Shown here in pieces: positions 13,438-25,688 of a stretch of DNA of 64,000 nucleotides; positions within the stretch are counted from its first letter, which is position 1; each line of letters opens with the position of its first letter. The position numbers and the translations under genes are program-made. Source of the stretch: Balanoglossus misakiensis (Eukaryota > Animalia > Hemichordata); the NCBI GenBank assembly GCA_040954595.2, contig CM082593.2:6915943-6979942 (forward strand), in the 5' to 3' direction. Under the pieces are notes generated by a model. That model was not told where the DNA came from. It was given only the letters and a program-made list of their open reading frames with translations, and searched no databases.

Positions 13438-16400
13438 CAAGTGACTGTTCGAGTCGAGACAGAAAACTCTCAAGTCTGATTTTCAGAAAAAATGTCAACA
13501 CTTTTTGATCCACTCATTCATTTTTAGCTATAATAAGTTGGTCTGGAACCACTTTGAAAAATAACAGTGAATTTTAGCAATTTTCAATAAAATGTGACTT
13601 TTTACGTATCTACTAGTAGTTGACAATGACTCAGAAATGCTTAGTACAGTGAGTTGATATCCAATGATGTGGTTTCCTTAATCAAAACATTTCCACTTCA
13701 TCCTCTGATTTTCTTGTGTAGTATTATTCAAGAGAGAACTATGCAAATTATGTATTGCAATACATGACAGAATTTTATTTCAATGGTGTCCTAAAATGAC
13801 CAGGAAGTTGTGAGAAAACGTAATTTAGCCGACATCACAAACATATGTTTTTTTCTTTCAAATGTTTCTGTGTGACACAAAAAGAAAACGCATTAAAATC
13901 TCAAAAGATGTAATGCTGAAAGACTTCACTTTAAGTATTATGCATATCAACGCAATAAAGAAGTGATATGTCGCAAAAATATGAAGATTTGATATGAAAA
14001 AAATTCAGTAATCTTTGAATTTTCGTTCTGCTGTTGTCGTGATCATTTTCCAGTATCATAATTATTATATGTTCTACGTCTAATATGACCACCAACTTAA
14101 AGAACAACTACACAGTGCCACGTCATTTGTGGTGTTTCTTGTCTCACTGTGATAATTTCCACGATCAGCATCAATTTGTTGTCACGGTCAGGTTTGGTAG
14201 TTAAAATGCTAGACTTCTGTTGATGTTTATTTTCATGTGGTTCAAATGAAAATTAATCACTCAATTTCATAATGCGACATTGCCAATACCGGTATCATAT
14301 GGTGTTTTTTTTTTAAAACAGATAATGAGTGTCTTGAAAAACATGACATACGTAAGGATTCATTTAATAACGTGTAGGCTTAATTAGAAGTGTAGGTTTA
14401 CCTAAATAGATCATTAACCTTTCAGGAGATTTCTATGTTTCCATATTCTTATACTACCGTCTTATTAAGAGTTAAAGAGCGTAGGGTGGACATGATGTAC
14501 ATTATCCTTGAGGCACAACTCAGTCCGCTCTCCGAATACTAATAACTGGTCAAGGGCATCTGCCCTGCTTACGCGAAATTCAGAGATTATGAAATGGGGA
14601 TGACACTCGAAGTAAACAACTGCTGTGGCAAGATTTATATCGCGCCAAAAATAAAATCTGCCAGAGAGTAACGTTTTGCACCCATAACATAATCCTTTGT
14701 TACACTGTATTGATTTTTTTAGCGACAAGCGCCTGTATAAATCTTTCCAGGGGGTCCCACTACATCAAAGTGTGCGACTTTGTGTGACCTTTTCGCTTGT
14801 CTTCACACTAGAGATGTTCCAACAGTCACGATTGCGGGGCAGAAATGGATACTTGAGTTTCCCTTGATACGGATGTGCCCTAGTTTCCGTCAAAATCTGA
14901 TTCATCACGTATGGCTGAGTTGGTTTTGAAAGCACCCCCCCCCTCCTAAGAAAATCAATTTTTTTTTGCGCTAAGTAAATTTTTCCCTGTTGATCAATAT
15001 GATTGATGTGGGTCTCTTTGTCAAGTTCGTTTCAATACATTTTGCTTGAAGGGATTCAGTGAGGATGTTATGATTTATTGGCCGGCCTGGCAACTTTTCC
15101 ATAATTTATCCTCGCTTATACTGAACTAACCAGGGTACAGAATGACTTCAATTATTTTTATCAGCCGGTGTCGTTTTACTTGCATCAGACACACACAGTC
15201 TTTCATGGTTATACATCCACCGTTAAATTTTGCAAAAATATTATAAAAGTTTTATAATATTTTTGCATCAAAATAATGCATTGTTCTTTCCTGGTACGGT
15301 TATAATAGCCCCCTTTAGCCACCCACATACACGCACACACATGCACATGCACAAAAAAAAAAAAAAAAAAAAACTTTGCCAGTATTCAACTTGATCTGGT
15401 TACAACATTTAATCAACATTTTTTTTAAATACAAAATTTAAAATTTAGGCCAGTACAGCGTTCTAACGTGAAAAAGAAACGGGAAAATTGACAAATGTGG
15501 AAGTATAAAACTTGAGATAATACGTCTCAGATATTTGATATATGCACTGGCTCAGTTCCTGTAAGTACTATATATAACGTCTAATCATCCTGCTATCAAA
15601 CTGTGTGCGACTTTTGATAGCGCACAAGTGAGATTTCCTGCTGGAACTGTAGAAAATACGTGTTAAGCAGCGCGACTCCTATTGGCTGTGGCCCCACCGC
15701 GCTCGAGAAGTGGTTCAGACAGATTTCTGCACGCTTCATTTTGTCTTACAAATATCTGCCATGCTGTGCTGGAGAGTGTCTCTGATTTCTATTTCAATTT
15801 TCACCGAAACAAAAACGACTCGCTAATTTACAGAAATCTGTCTGAACAACACCAGGGGTTCAACAGCTGGACTGCTCCAACACAACTTCCAAAATCTGAA
15901 TAATTTTCATATTTTAAAGTTCATTTATATTTATCACTGATCACCTTTCTGTTAAAAATAGACAAATATAACAAAAGCATTTTGTCTGAGGTGAGGTGAA
16001 CTGTACAGATTAAAAAATTTAGTATTACTACTAGTTACATTAAAAGGCGGTGTGTTTTGTTCGTAAAAAGCACAATTTGTGAAAGTTGCATTGATGAAAA
16101 ATGTTGAGCTTTGTTGCACATGGAAACTTCCAACATACAAAAATAAATACAATTTCTTCAAAAAAACTGCACATTGTTTACATGAAAAGTCAACAATAAA
16201 TAAACATTCATACAATTGCCATATAAAAATAGGAAGTAGGCAGTGGAGAAATATTTGGACTTTGGTTAAAAAAACCCAGCCATGCATTGTTGTACAGGAA
16301 CTTTACATACAGTTTGTGTCTGTGGATATATCATACCCACCACATTGCCATTAGATGCGTCTTGCTGTCGAAATCTGGGTATAAAATTTCCAATATTACA

Positions 16401-17476
16401 TGTCACCAAATACTTAAAACCATGCAATAAATGTTACCTACTCATTTGATTGAAAGAGTTCATGAGAAAACTAGCAAGTGCAGCATTTTGCATGAAAAAA
16501 TTACAAATTTGATATTCATCTGTAATGTGATTAATGAGCATACAATTTTATGGCGAGTGCTATAAATTGTTTTAATGGGGGTAACATAATACCATTAGAT
16601 AATCAGTTCAACCACTGGCATATATCCAGTTGCGTCATTGTAGTTCTTTCCCAGGTTTTTAATAACCAGCCAAGCGGTCTTTAAATTTCATGTCCCAGAC
16701 AACAACAGCGTTGAAGAAAGAAATGAATGCATATTAAATTTCTGTTGTAATGATGCATATTACCGATTCACGCAACAGAAATTTCTAGATCTTCAATCTA
16801 ACAAAGGATGCCATTCTTTTGTCGTTCAGAGGAACATTAAACATATTTTGTTCACTTGGCTTTGCTTCTATAATTTATTGTTAAAATCAACTGTGTCAAT
16901 ACCACAATGGAACACTTCCATGGTAGAATTAAAATCAACCAAGCCAAACAATTTATTTATTTGCGGAGATCCTGTTTATGTGGGGATCTTACAGTAATAC
17001 TGTTATTAGGGGGAATCAACGATAGCGGAAAACATCTGTCAGAGAATCCGATTAGAGTGGCAAAATCAATATTTCTCTAGCTCCCATTGACCACTGCTTT
17101 GTGAGCAAATTAGCTGTGTGAATTGAAGCCTCCAAGCCTTCAAACAAGGAGATTTTCACAAATAACTTTGTTCTCTCTACTATCCTCGGAACATGTGTTT
17201 GGTGTGGATCAACCTTGCAACAGACAAGGTCATACATGGTCCAAGACTAAGATTTCAAAGCAACAGCCTTATGTACACATTGTCAAATTTGTTACTGTCA
17301 ATCACAAACTTGTCACGTAAAAACAAATTCATCGGAATTTTTAGTGACTTTTAAAATGAGCATTAGAATAACTGAGGAAATCCTGGTCTGTAAAACTGGA
17401 AAATAAATACATGTCTTAATACTGTTTGGGGGAAACATTACCTTGTTCAAAAGTTGATAAAATCTGAGATAAAAAG

Positions 17477-18214
17477 CTACAATTCGGGTGACCTGATGTA
17501 AGCATTTTCTTGTAATCTGCTTTGCACTGTCGTAGACGGGTTCATATCTGAAAGATGGGGCCTCTTTCTCAAATGTCTTCCTTTGTTCTGTAAATGTGGT
17601 TGGCTGCGACTTCGCTGCAGTAACACCGAGCAGTGGTTCAGTTTGGGGGAGTGGGTGTCGGCACTGAGCGTCCGTCGGTGTCCGTGTTTCCGCTGTCTGC
17701 TGTGGAAACTCTCCGGGGCTTTGCTGGTGTCGGACGACGACGACGATGACGAGGGAACCGTGTCCAGTTCCGTCTGGAACTCGGGCACGACGGGTCTCTT
17801 GCGGAACTGTTCGCGGATGGTGTACAGCCACTCTTCCCGGTTCTCCCAGCAGTCGGCGTGGAATTTGTACGACGTCGTCGCGTGTCCGGCGTTCGTCTTG
17901 GCGGCGATCTGGAAGCTGTACTCGTCCAGGGGCACGATCTCGCAGCAGTCCGTGTGGACGCACCCCCGCGGCTGCTGCTTCTTGGCCTTCTCCGCGTACC
18001 ACACCAGAAACGGCGACGAGTCGTTGGTGTACAGGTAGACCAGCACGCTCTTGGGCTTCTTGCGGTGCCTGCGCCAGGGCTCGTGGACGGTCATCTTCCC
18101 CTTCATGACCACCGCGCTCATCTGGCAACTGGTGTAAATGCTGTGCTGGTCCAGTTTCGGTCGCTGGGCGGCTTCCGCCCTCCGACCTTTCAGAAAGCGG
18201 GAGAGGAAACTCAT
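17477..18214 (-). CDS. PH-domain protein (at least 245 aa), coding region in one exon, Ser/basic-rich disordered tail
   Basis: Uninterrupted ORF with strong GC3 bias. PH-like pattern: VVMKGKMTV..., LVYLY..PFLVWY..K....PRGCVHTDCCEI, SFQI, YKFHADCWENREEWLYTIRE (C-terminal Trp helix). A splice acceptor (ttttttccgttacAG) at 18286-18287 precedes it. A phase-compatible upstream exon at 18865-18898 (MAYFIRKMENR, GTAATT donor) is possible. Confidence 0.8.
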   Translation of the reverse strand: MSFLSRFLKGRRAEAAQRPKLDQHSIYTSCQMSAVVMKGKMTVHEPWRRHRKKPKSVLVYLYTNDSSPFLVWYAEKAKKQQPRGCVHTDCCEIVPLDEYSFQIAAKTNAGHATTSYKFHADCWENREEWLYTIREQFRKRPVVPEFQTELDTVPSSSSSSSDTSKAPESFHSRQRKHGHRRTLSADTHSPKLNHCSVLLQRSRSQPHLQNKGRHLRKRPHLSDMNPSTTVQSRLQENAYIRSPEL

Positions 18215-20212
18215 CTCGACAAGGCGACCACCTTGGAGTCGAATTATTTGGGGAATTTTCACAGAAAACTTGATTGATGTAACATCTGTAACGGAAAAAA
18301 AAGGGAAGGGGTGAATGCCCGTCAAACCAACCACTGTGATATTCACGCAACTTTTTTGTGTTACTTCATTGAACGTCTTAACAAGTGATTTTATACACTA
18401 AACATTTCTTGATGGTGGGGGTAACAAAAGCATTCCTAAGACATCTCAAATAATAGGCACATACAAAACTTCTGAATAAAAGGAGTGGGTTGGGAATTTC
18501 TACCTTTCACAACCAAACATTGGTGTCAACATAACCCTTGAAAAAAAAAAAAACATTTGTATCTTTAAGGGGCATAATATACTCGGAATGGTTCAAAGTA
18601 ACCTATTCTTTAAAGATGTAAACTGTAAAATAACTTGTGTTTAAACCAACAAATTTGCTAGAAATTACAGGCCAATACCAATGCTCTCTGTTATTGACAA
18701 GACAGAGTATTTTTGTTGTTGTTTATTTTTCCCTATTAAATCTCTCTCATCTTGTATGTAAAATCCATCATTTCTGGTGGAAGCAAAAATTATCCATTTG
18801 ATGGAAAATAAGATTTGAAGCTACAAAATATTCCTTAAAAACCCCATATCAAGCCCTGAATTACCTCTGTTTTCCATCTTTCTTATAAAATATGCCATCT
18901 CCACTCATGAAAGCAAAATGTAAGCAAAATGCTATATTTGACATGCACAGTGCAGTTCCCAGTTTTCAAGGTGAAAATCAACTATTTCACGAATGTTATT
19001 CACGTTTTAAAGAGCGCCTACACAGATAATTCCCTTCGGTTTTATTAAACCTTAAAGTTTATGACGCTGTAAAAAATAAGGGGTTCTTAAATCATTTGAA
19101 ATCGAGTACATAGTACGTTTCTTTATAACACAAATTTCGGTCATTTGACACAGATTGTACAGAATCTAGTTTTCAGATACGCACGTCATGAAATTTTTTG
19201 TGACAGCCCCCATCGATACCAAACTGAGGTCCGAAACAGAAAGCTATGTACTACCCATGTTTCAAAATTAACAGAAAGTATGTACATGCACTATTGAGCA
19301 CAGTTAACTGTGAGATTGTCGGCTGTCACCCACTGTGTCAACGAACTATTCCGGTTGACTTTCTCATCAACACGGTCACGACAGTGATCACCGCGGTACA
19401 AACGGACAACTGCATCCCTCATCAACAACTTGCATCTACAACTGTCCTGACGATGCTGTACACATTAAACATGTACCGTCGATGTAAGACAACGAAATTT
19501 CTCAAATATCACATGTCAGACTGTGGAGATTTCACCTCTGATACAATGATGACAGAAAACTGCAAAAAGTGAAAGGGGCGTCAAACGCCCCGGAAAACGT
19601 AAACAGCGACGCACTCCACACACGAACCAAAACAGTCTGCATGTTCGAGATGATTTCTAAAAATGTCGGCGCAGATGGCATGAAAATTGCATCCTTACTG
19701 AAGAGCTGGCGACTGTACGTACCTGGCGTTTTAAATCGACATCGATGCGATGTGTTCCGAGCGAGAAATCAACACAAACATAACATGTCACACTGGCCAC
19801 TGGTCGAGCTTGTTTGACGCAAGATGACCTGTGGCCGCATACAATATGCAAAATCCCCAGACTGTCGGCGTATTATTTCACGTGACCGATGCGTGTATAT
19901 GTAAATACGCACGTAAACATGCAAATTTCAGTCCCCACGAAATCCATGGAGATGACGCCCTCTAGCGTCTAAAAATATGATTACTTTCTCTCTAGTGCGT
20001 TGTGTGCAGCTAGTTTGTAGGGTAGAATAATAGAAAATGCAACACATTTTCACAGCAAAAAGGAAACAACTGTTAATACTGGCCCTTATAAATAGATGAG
20101 CTGGTTAAGATTTCTAAAAGCACAAACCCACCAAGTATCCCTAGGGCTCTCAGTCTCAGCTAGCTCAGCTAAGCTGCCAGCCTTTATCTTCATCTTTTAA
20201 TTTACATGAAAA

Positions 20213-22277
20213 AATAACATCATAGATTGCAACATTGCTTTAAAAAGTATTGATTCAAATTTCTAGACATTTTTTTAATAAGGTAACTTAGTAGGGATCA
20301 TTGACAATGTAAGGGTGCTGATGATTAATTTATTTTCCATTTTGTGTGGACTGGAGTCAAAAAAGGTTAAAGACGTTAGAATCATAATCTGGCAAGCCTA
20401 ATCCTGTGCGTACTCTGCAAACAACAAAACTATGTAGGTAGGGCCTGTACAACCAACCAAAACTTGTCCAAAGTTTTTTGTCATTGTGCCAAATACTTTA
20501 GCAATTCTTGATGAAACATTCCGACTCCAAAAGGTTATATTAGCTTAATCCTAGTCCAAATATTCTCATGAATGAAACTCAAAGTTCATTGCAACTTTTT
20601 CAGCTAATACGTGACCAAATTGTCTCAACTTTAGACTTTAGAATTTTAGGTGCGACCACTGCATTCTTTATTGATTTACTATCTGATAGAGTTTATTTCT
20701 TGAAAAATATTTAAAAGGTGGTGTAAAGTTGCATTTCTCCCTTTTAGCCCTGAAAGTTAGGCAGAAATTTGATCGTGGACCAGCCTTGCAATGGAATGTC
20801 AAACACTCACACACCCAGTCCAGGGTAGTGTGGTTTCTATGCAGAGTTTCGGACACCAAAAGACTCAATGCGTGCTTGTGTATGCCCCTGAAACTAGAAC
20901 ATGTGGCGTATTGATTTCAGCCACTGCGAACTTTGAAACCGTGTCAAATTCTTCAACACTCAGCAGGTGTGTGTATATATGGCAAACCTAGTCAAGGTCA
21001 TGGAAAGGTCACTCCTGCATATCTGTGTGCCTAGCGTGTTGGTCGCCATGGAAATGACTAATGAAGCACCTCGGTTGATTGTGATTGTGTCTATTTAGTA
21101 TTTAAGCTCAAAGAAAGGGGGCATTGAATGGTTTGATTGCAATCCACTGATGAAATGCCGAGTTGCCCTGAAGCTTAACTGAGTCCGGTATCTTTAGACA
21201 AAGATGCCCTTGTTCTTGTAAGACACCAGAAAATGATCCAATATATGATCTATAAATAACATAAATTTGCAACATACTTAAATTATTGATTCAAATTGTG
21301 GATATTTTTAAAAGGTAACTCATAATGAGCAGATGTTCCTGCATTGACAATATAATGGTGCTGATGATTAATTTATTTTCCATTTTTTGTGGACTGGAGT
21401 CAAAAAATGTTAAAGACGTTAAAATGATAATCTGGCAAGCCCAAACTTGTGCATACTCTGCAAACAACAAAACTATGCAGGTAGGGCATGTACAACTAAC
21501 CACCACTTGTCCAAATTTTTTTGTCATTGTGCCAAATACTTCACCAATTCTTCATGAAATGTACATTCCACCGACTCCAAAAGGTTAGCGTAAATCCTAG
21601 TTCAAATATTCTCATGAATGAAACTCAAAGTTCATTGCAACTTTTTTTCAGCTAATACGTGACCAAATTGTCTCAACTTTAGACTTTAGAATTTAAGGTG
21701 TGATTACTGCATTCTTTATCGATTTACAATCTGATATAATTTATTTCTTGAAAAATAAAGATGGTGTGCTCCCTTTTAGCCCCAAAACTTCGTAAGAAAT
21801 TTGATCGTGGACCAGCCTTGCAATGGAATGTCAAACAGCTCACACCCTGTCCAGGGTAGTGTGTGGTTTCTATGCAGAGTTTCGGACACCAAAAGACTCA
21901 ATGTTCATTTGTGCGCGCCCCTGAAACTAGAACATGTGGCGTATTGATTTCAGCCACAGCGAACTTTGAAACCGTGTCAAATTCTTCAACACTCAGCAGG
22001 TGTGTGTATATATATGGCAAACCTAGTCAAGGTCATGGAAAGGTCAGTCCTGCATATCTGTGTGCCTAGCGTATTGGTCGCCATGGAAATGACTAATGAA
22101 GCACCTCGGTTGATTGTGATTGTGTCTATTTAGTATTTAAGCTTAAAGAAAGGGGGCATTGAATGGTTTGATTGCAATCCACTGATGAAATTCCGCATTG
22201 CCCTGAAGCTTAACTGAGTCCAGTATCTTTAGACAAAGATGCCCTTGTTCTTGTAAGACACCAGAAAACGATCCAAT
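20213..22277. repeat. Direct tandem duplication, two units of about 1.04 kb (about 20213-21242 and 21254-22277), non-coding
   Basis: Long shared blocks, e.g. GCTGATGATTAATTTATTTTCCATTTT..GTGGACTGGAGTCAAAAAA and GATCGTGGACCAGCCTTGCAATGGAATGTCAAACA. Both copies end ...TTGTAAGACACCAGAAAA.GATCCAAT. ORFs 20791 and 21863 give near-identical translations. Confidence 0.92.
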
Positions 22278-24155
22278 AAAGCCCCTATTGAAGGCAACTT
22301 TATGGGGGGGGGGAGTGACCAATCGTGTGTAGCACTGACTGTATGTGTGTAGGTCAGTGAGAGGTCAGAAATTAATGCAAACAATGGTAGTATAGACACA
22401 GTGCAGCAAGTGTCACTAATATTAACCATGATCATGCAGTGACTGCATGAACCATTTGTTACAAAAAGAGCATTTTCCTTCAAATTCACAATGCCCCCCC
22501 CCCCACCAGCATCACAATATAACAATTCTTATGGATGCAAGTCCTAAATTAACTGAGAGAATCAGATGAAAAAAGCATTCACACTTGATAGAAACTATAT
22601 GTTCTGCAAGAAGTTGTATCGAATTTAATTGTCACAATATCCAACACTCATAATATAGTAAAATTTCTCAAAACATTGTCTAAAAAGGGTACTTGTCTCA
22701 AACTACATGTATAGCTAATATTCTTGGTGTGCTGATAGAATGGTATATGGGTTTGTTATCCAACAACATTGTTTGGTGTTTCTAATCTTTAAAAAAAATT
22801 GAGAGTACAGAAACCTCCAACTGAAATTCAGAGAATGAAAACAAAAATTCTTTTGTGCTTTGCTAAATAGGGCGCTCACAGAACTTCAAACAATTGAATT
22901 TGAAAGGTGGCTTGTAAACAAATAATCATCTTTTGAGTTCCAGCAATAGGTATGTACATACATCATTCAATGACTCCATTGTGTGACTCTTTAAGCGACA
23001 GGCCATGCAAGCCTTGTTTGTGGTTATCTGGCAGAGCTGTACTGATATATTACATCAGATTCAGGGTCACTCTTGTTTCCATGTCTGGCAGATGGCCAAT
23101 GTATTGGAAACACTGATTTGAGAAGTCTGATTGAAGAAATCGAAGTTGAGGGCGCACTTTACAAAACCCACCGCGATGAAATCTTCAAGAGCAGAATACA
23201 GGGTTGCATAGGGATGGGCCTGATGTCATGACTTGTTATAGTAAGGTTTCAAGCATATTTCCACAAGTCTATGAACGAACACACTGTACATTCACCACAC
23301 AAAAACAAACATAGACCAGATTCAAGTGTACTCATTGTACTGGTAACATGAAAGTGTATTTCCATTTATGTTGACAAATCAGAAATATTTTGATGTACAT
23401 ATTAATATTTGAAAAAAAAAAAGCAACAAAACCCAAGCTTGTATGAGTAAGTGCGTGGTATTTCAGGTGACACAATTTTGCAGGAAGATGCTCTAAAAAT
23501 GCTTGTCTGTGATTTTACATTACAAAACTGCCATGGTAAAAAATGAACAGGGACATTTACATCTAATGCCTTTCCTGGTGGTTTCAGAGCTAACAAAGAA
23601 AGTATGCTGAAAAAAATACTGTTCATCTTCCTGATTCCAGAGCGCCCTCTATCGACAACTCTGCATCTGCACAAGGAAAGGGCCATACACAAGTCAGGTG
23701 CCAACCAATATGGCGGTTTCCCTTGATATAAATATTTGCCTTGTTGACAAAACTGTGTGCATATAACTGGCAAAACAACTTTACATACGTTAACGAAATT
23801 TCTACTGCTATGCTGACCTTTTTAAAAAAATCAAAGACCACCACCGAAATTTGGTGAAAAAAATTAAATGGAGTGCTGCTTGAAACATCTGAATTAGTCT
23901 GTAAAAATGTGATAACAAATACTAGTACTGTTAAAGCAAAACAGTCATCCATGGCCATAAATCAGAAGAGTTGATTTTTTGCAATTAATCTCGTGAAACT
24001 GCTGAGATTTACCAACCCAATAAGCATAACATAGAAATTGCATTCCCATAATATCCAGAGTAATCTATTCTAATAATTGGCAAGGCACGCTGTCTTCAAC
24101 TCCACACCGACTTTCTCACTCGTCGCCCCTATGTTGCCATAGTGACTGAGTGATC

Positions 24156-25688
24156 TTACAGTTCTTTCCGTTTCAACACTAGGGGGCCGACGTTGTCGCT
24201 GCATTCTGTGTTGTGTTTGTTGTGAGAGCCATCACAGAGTGGAAACTGTTGAATAAAAAAAAACAGAGTTAGGTGCCATTATCAAATTGATAAGTAGAGT
24301 TTATATGTCATGTGAATATCGAGAGCTCTCTTTTATCATGTGTGTTTTCAAAGACTGTAATGTACGATGTTTTAAAATCAACTGTAGAGACAGGCTTCAT
24401 CTTTACATTTGTTAGGTTTTACTTGCTCTCATTCTACTGCTTCCCTCTCCGCCTCACTACATCTGACTATTACCCCTTTCACCACCATGGTTCAGTCCAA
24501 ACCTACTGTTTCCTATGGTAAAGTTGGACCTCTACACAGGGAAATGGGGGTGGTGCAGCCAACTTCACACTTGCTGTAGTTTTATCAGTTTAAACTGAAC
24601 AACGTTTTTTAACAAACCACAAATATGCATAATTGTAATGTACTTGTCTTAAAACGAACAGCGGAAATGACCAGCATGCTGACAGCTTCATTGAATATAC
24701 TGCGGCTTTGGTGTACAATCCATTACTGTAGCTGCCACCACAGTACACATCCACAAAGAACAACACACTCCTCAAACAATCAAATGTTACACCCTCCATC
24801 TATCTACCTTCTTAGATTTCCAGCATCTGCAGTAGGAGACTTTCTCGGCCAGATCCTCGATATCATGCATGGTTACGACCTTGGCTACGTCTTTCTGGAT
24901 TCGGCGATTGACCCTCGAATCTTTCTGGCCTTTCTTGGCCCTGTATGATGCATAGAAGAACGTTACTGCCAGCACCGTGCCAAAGACGGGGAGTATCACT
25001 CCCCAGTCTGTAGCTGAAAGACAGAGATGAAAGACGTATTATGCTCATGCACTATATTTACCTCTGTCACTTTCAGTTTCACTACTTGAAGGGAACATGG
25101 TCAATTGTTCTTGACAATACAATAGTTACATTGACATTTTACTGTGGGTTTGTGACCTTGACTGTTTGTCAACAATATAAATATAAACAATCAATGAGTG
25201 ATAGGGCTACCGATACGCAGCAGATTTACATTCGGCATATTTCCGGATGGGGAGACATTGTGTAATAAATTGCGTGAATATTGGCTGAGGGATTTTCCCT
25301 TGAAGTGACCGGATACTAGTACCCGGATTTGGCAGTGGTCGAAAACCAGCGTAGAGGGTGTTGCACCCAAATACACCCAAACATGGTTTATAGCGAGAAA
25401 CGATGATCATGAACTTTGTAAAAAAACAAATTGGAGAAATTCTGGGTTTTAACAACATTCTCTGTATATATATGATTCATTAAATCATTACTAGAAAATG
25501 CGAGAAACGACGATTTGACACGGATTTACAATTACAATTATTAGTACGTGGGCCATGGACTGTTTTGGACCAGGTCACTGGTGGGGTGGCGCAGCGTTCA
25601 CTGGAAACTTACGAAATACATGTACAGTTGATGTACTACTTACATTCACATTCTACTTACCTTGCAATCTATCGACATATCCTGTCAT
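24156..25688 (-). CDS. CISD2: CDGSH iron-sulfur (NEET) protein, CISD1/CISD2 family, 3 exons, 107 aa
   Basis: Exons 25688-25661 ([15 protein letters not shown] donor, phase 1), 25013-24808 and 24245-24156; total 324 nt. TM helix [22 protein letters not shown]; 3Cys-1His motif [21 protein letters not shown]; C-terminus [13 protein letters not shown]. Exon 1 is less certain than exons 2-3. Confidence 0.9.
24470..24562 (+). mobile_element. About 90-bp piggyBac-like mini-MITE, copy 2 (CISD intron 2)
   Basis: CCCTTTCACCACCATGGTTCAGTCCAAACC...CTATGGTAAAGTTGGACCTCT is homologous to the 4784 and 30843 copies; the right end is degenerate. Confidence 0.7.

Noticed and set aside
8900-15300. Short ORFs and possible TE remnants in the SLC9B-PH intergenic region
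   Set aside because: AT-rich ORFs without domain motifs or consistent splice phases; I found no convincing TIR/TSD pairs.
17313-18350. 345-aa minus-strand ORF and several plus-strand ORFs overlapping the PH gene
   Set aside because: Shadow frames caused by the high GC3 of the true frame; low-complexity Arg/Pro/Gly-rich translations with no domain pattern.
19878-19915. E-box TCACGTGA and HRE-like GCACGTA upstream of the PH gene
   Set aside because: Short motifs expected by chance; the TSS is unknown, so they are not reported as features.
25182-25460. ORFs 25191-25376 and 25207-25458 as a CISD first exon
   Set aside because: No similarity to NEET N-termini and no suitable donor. The segment looks like an interspersed repeat, but I could not define its ends.
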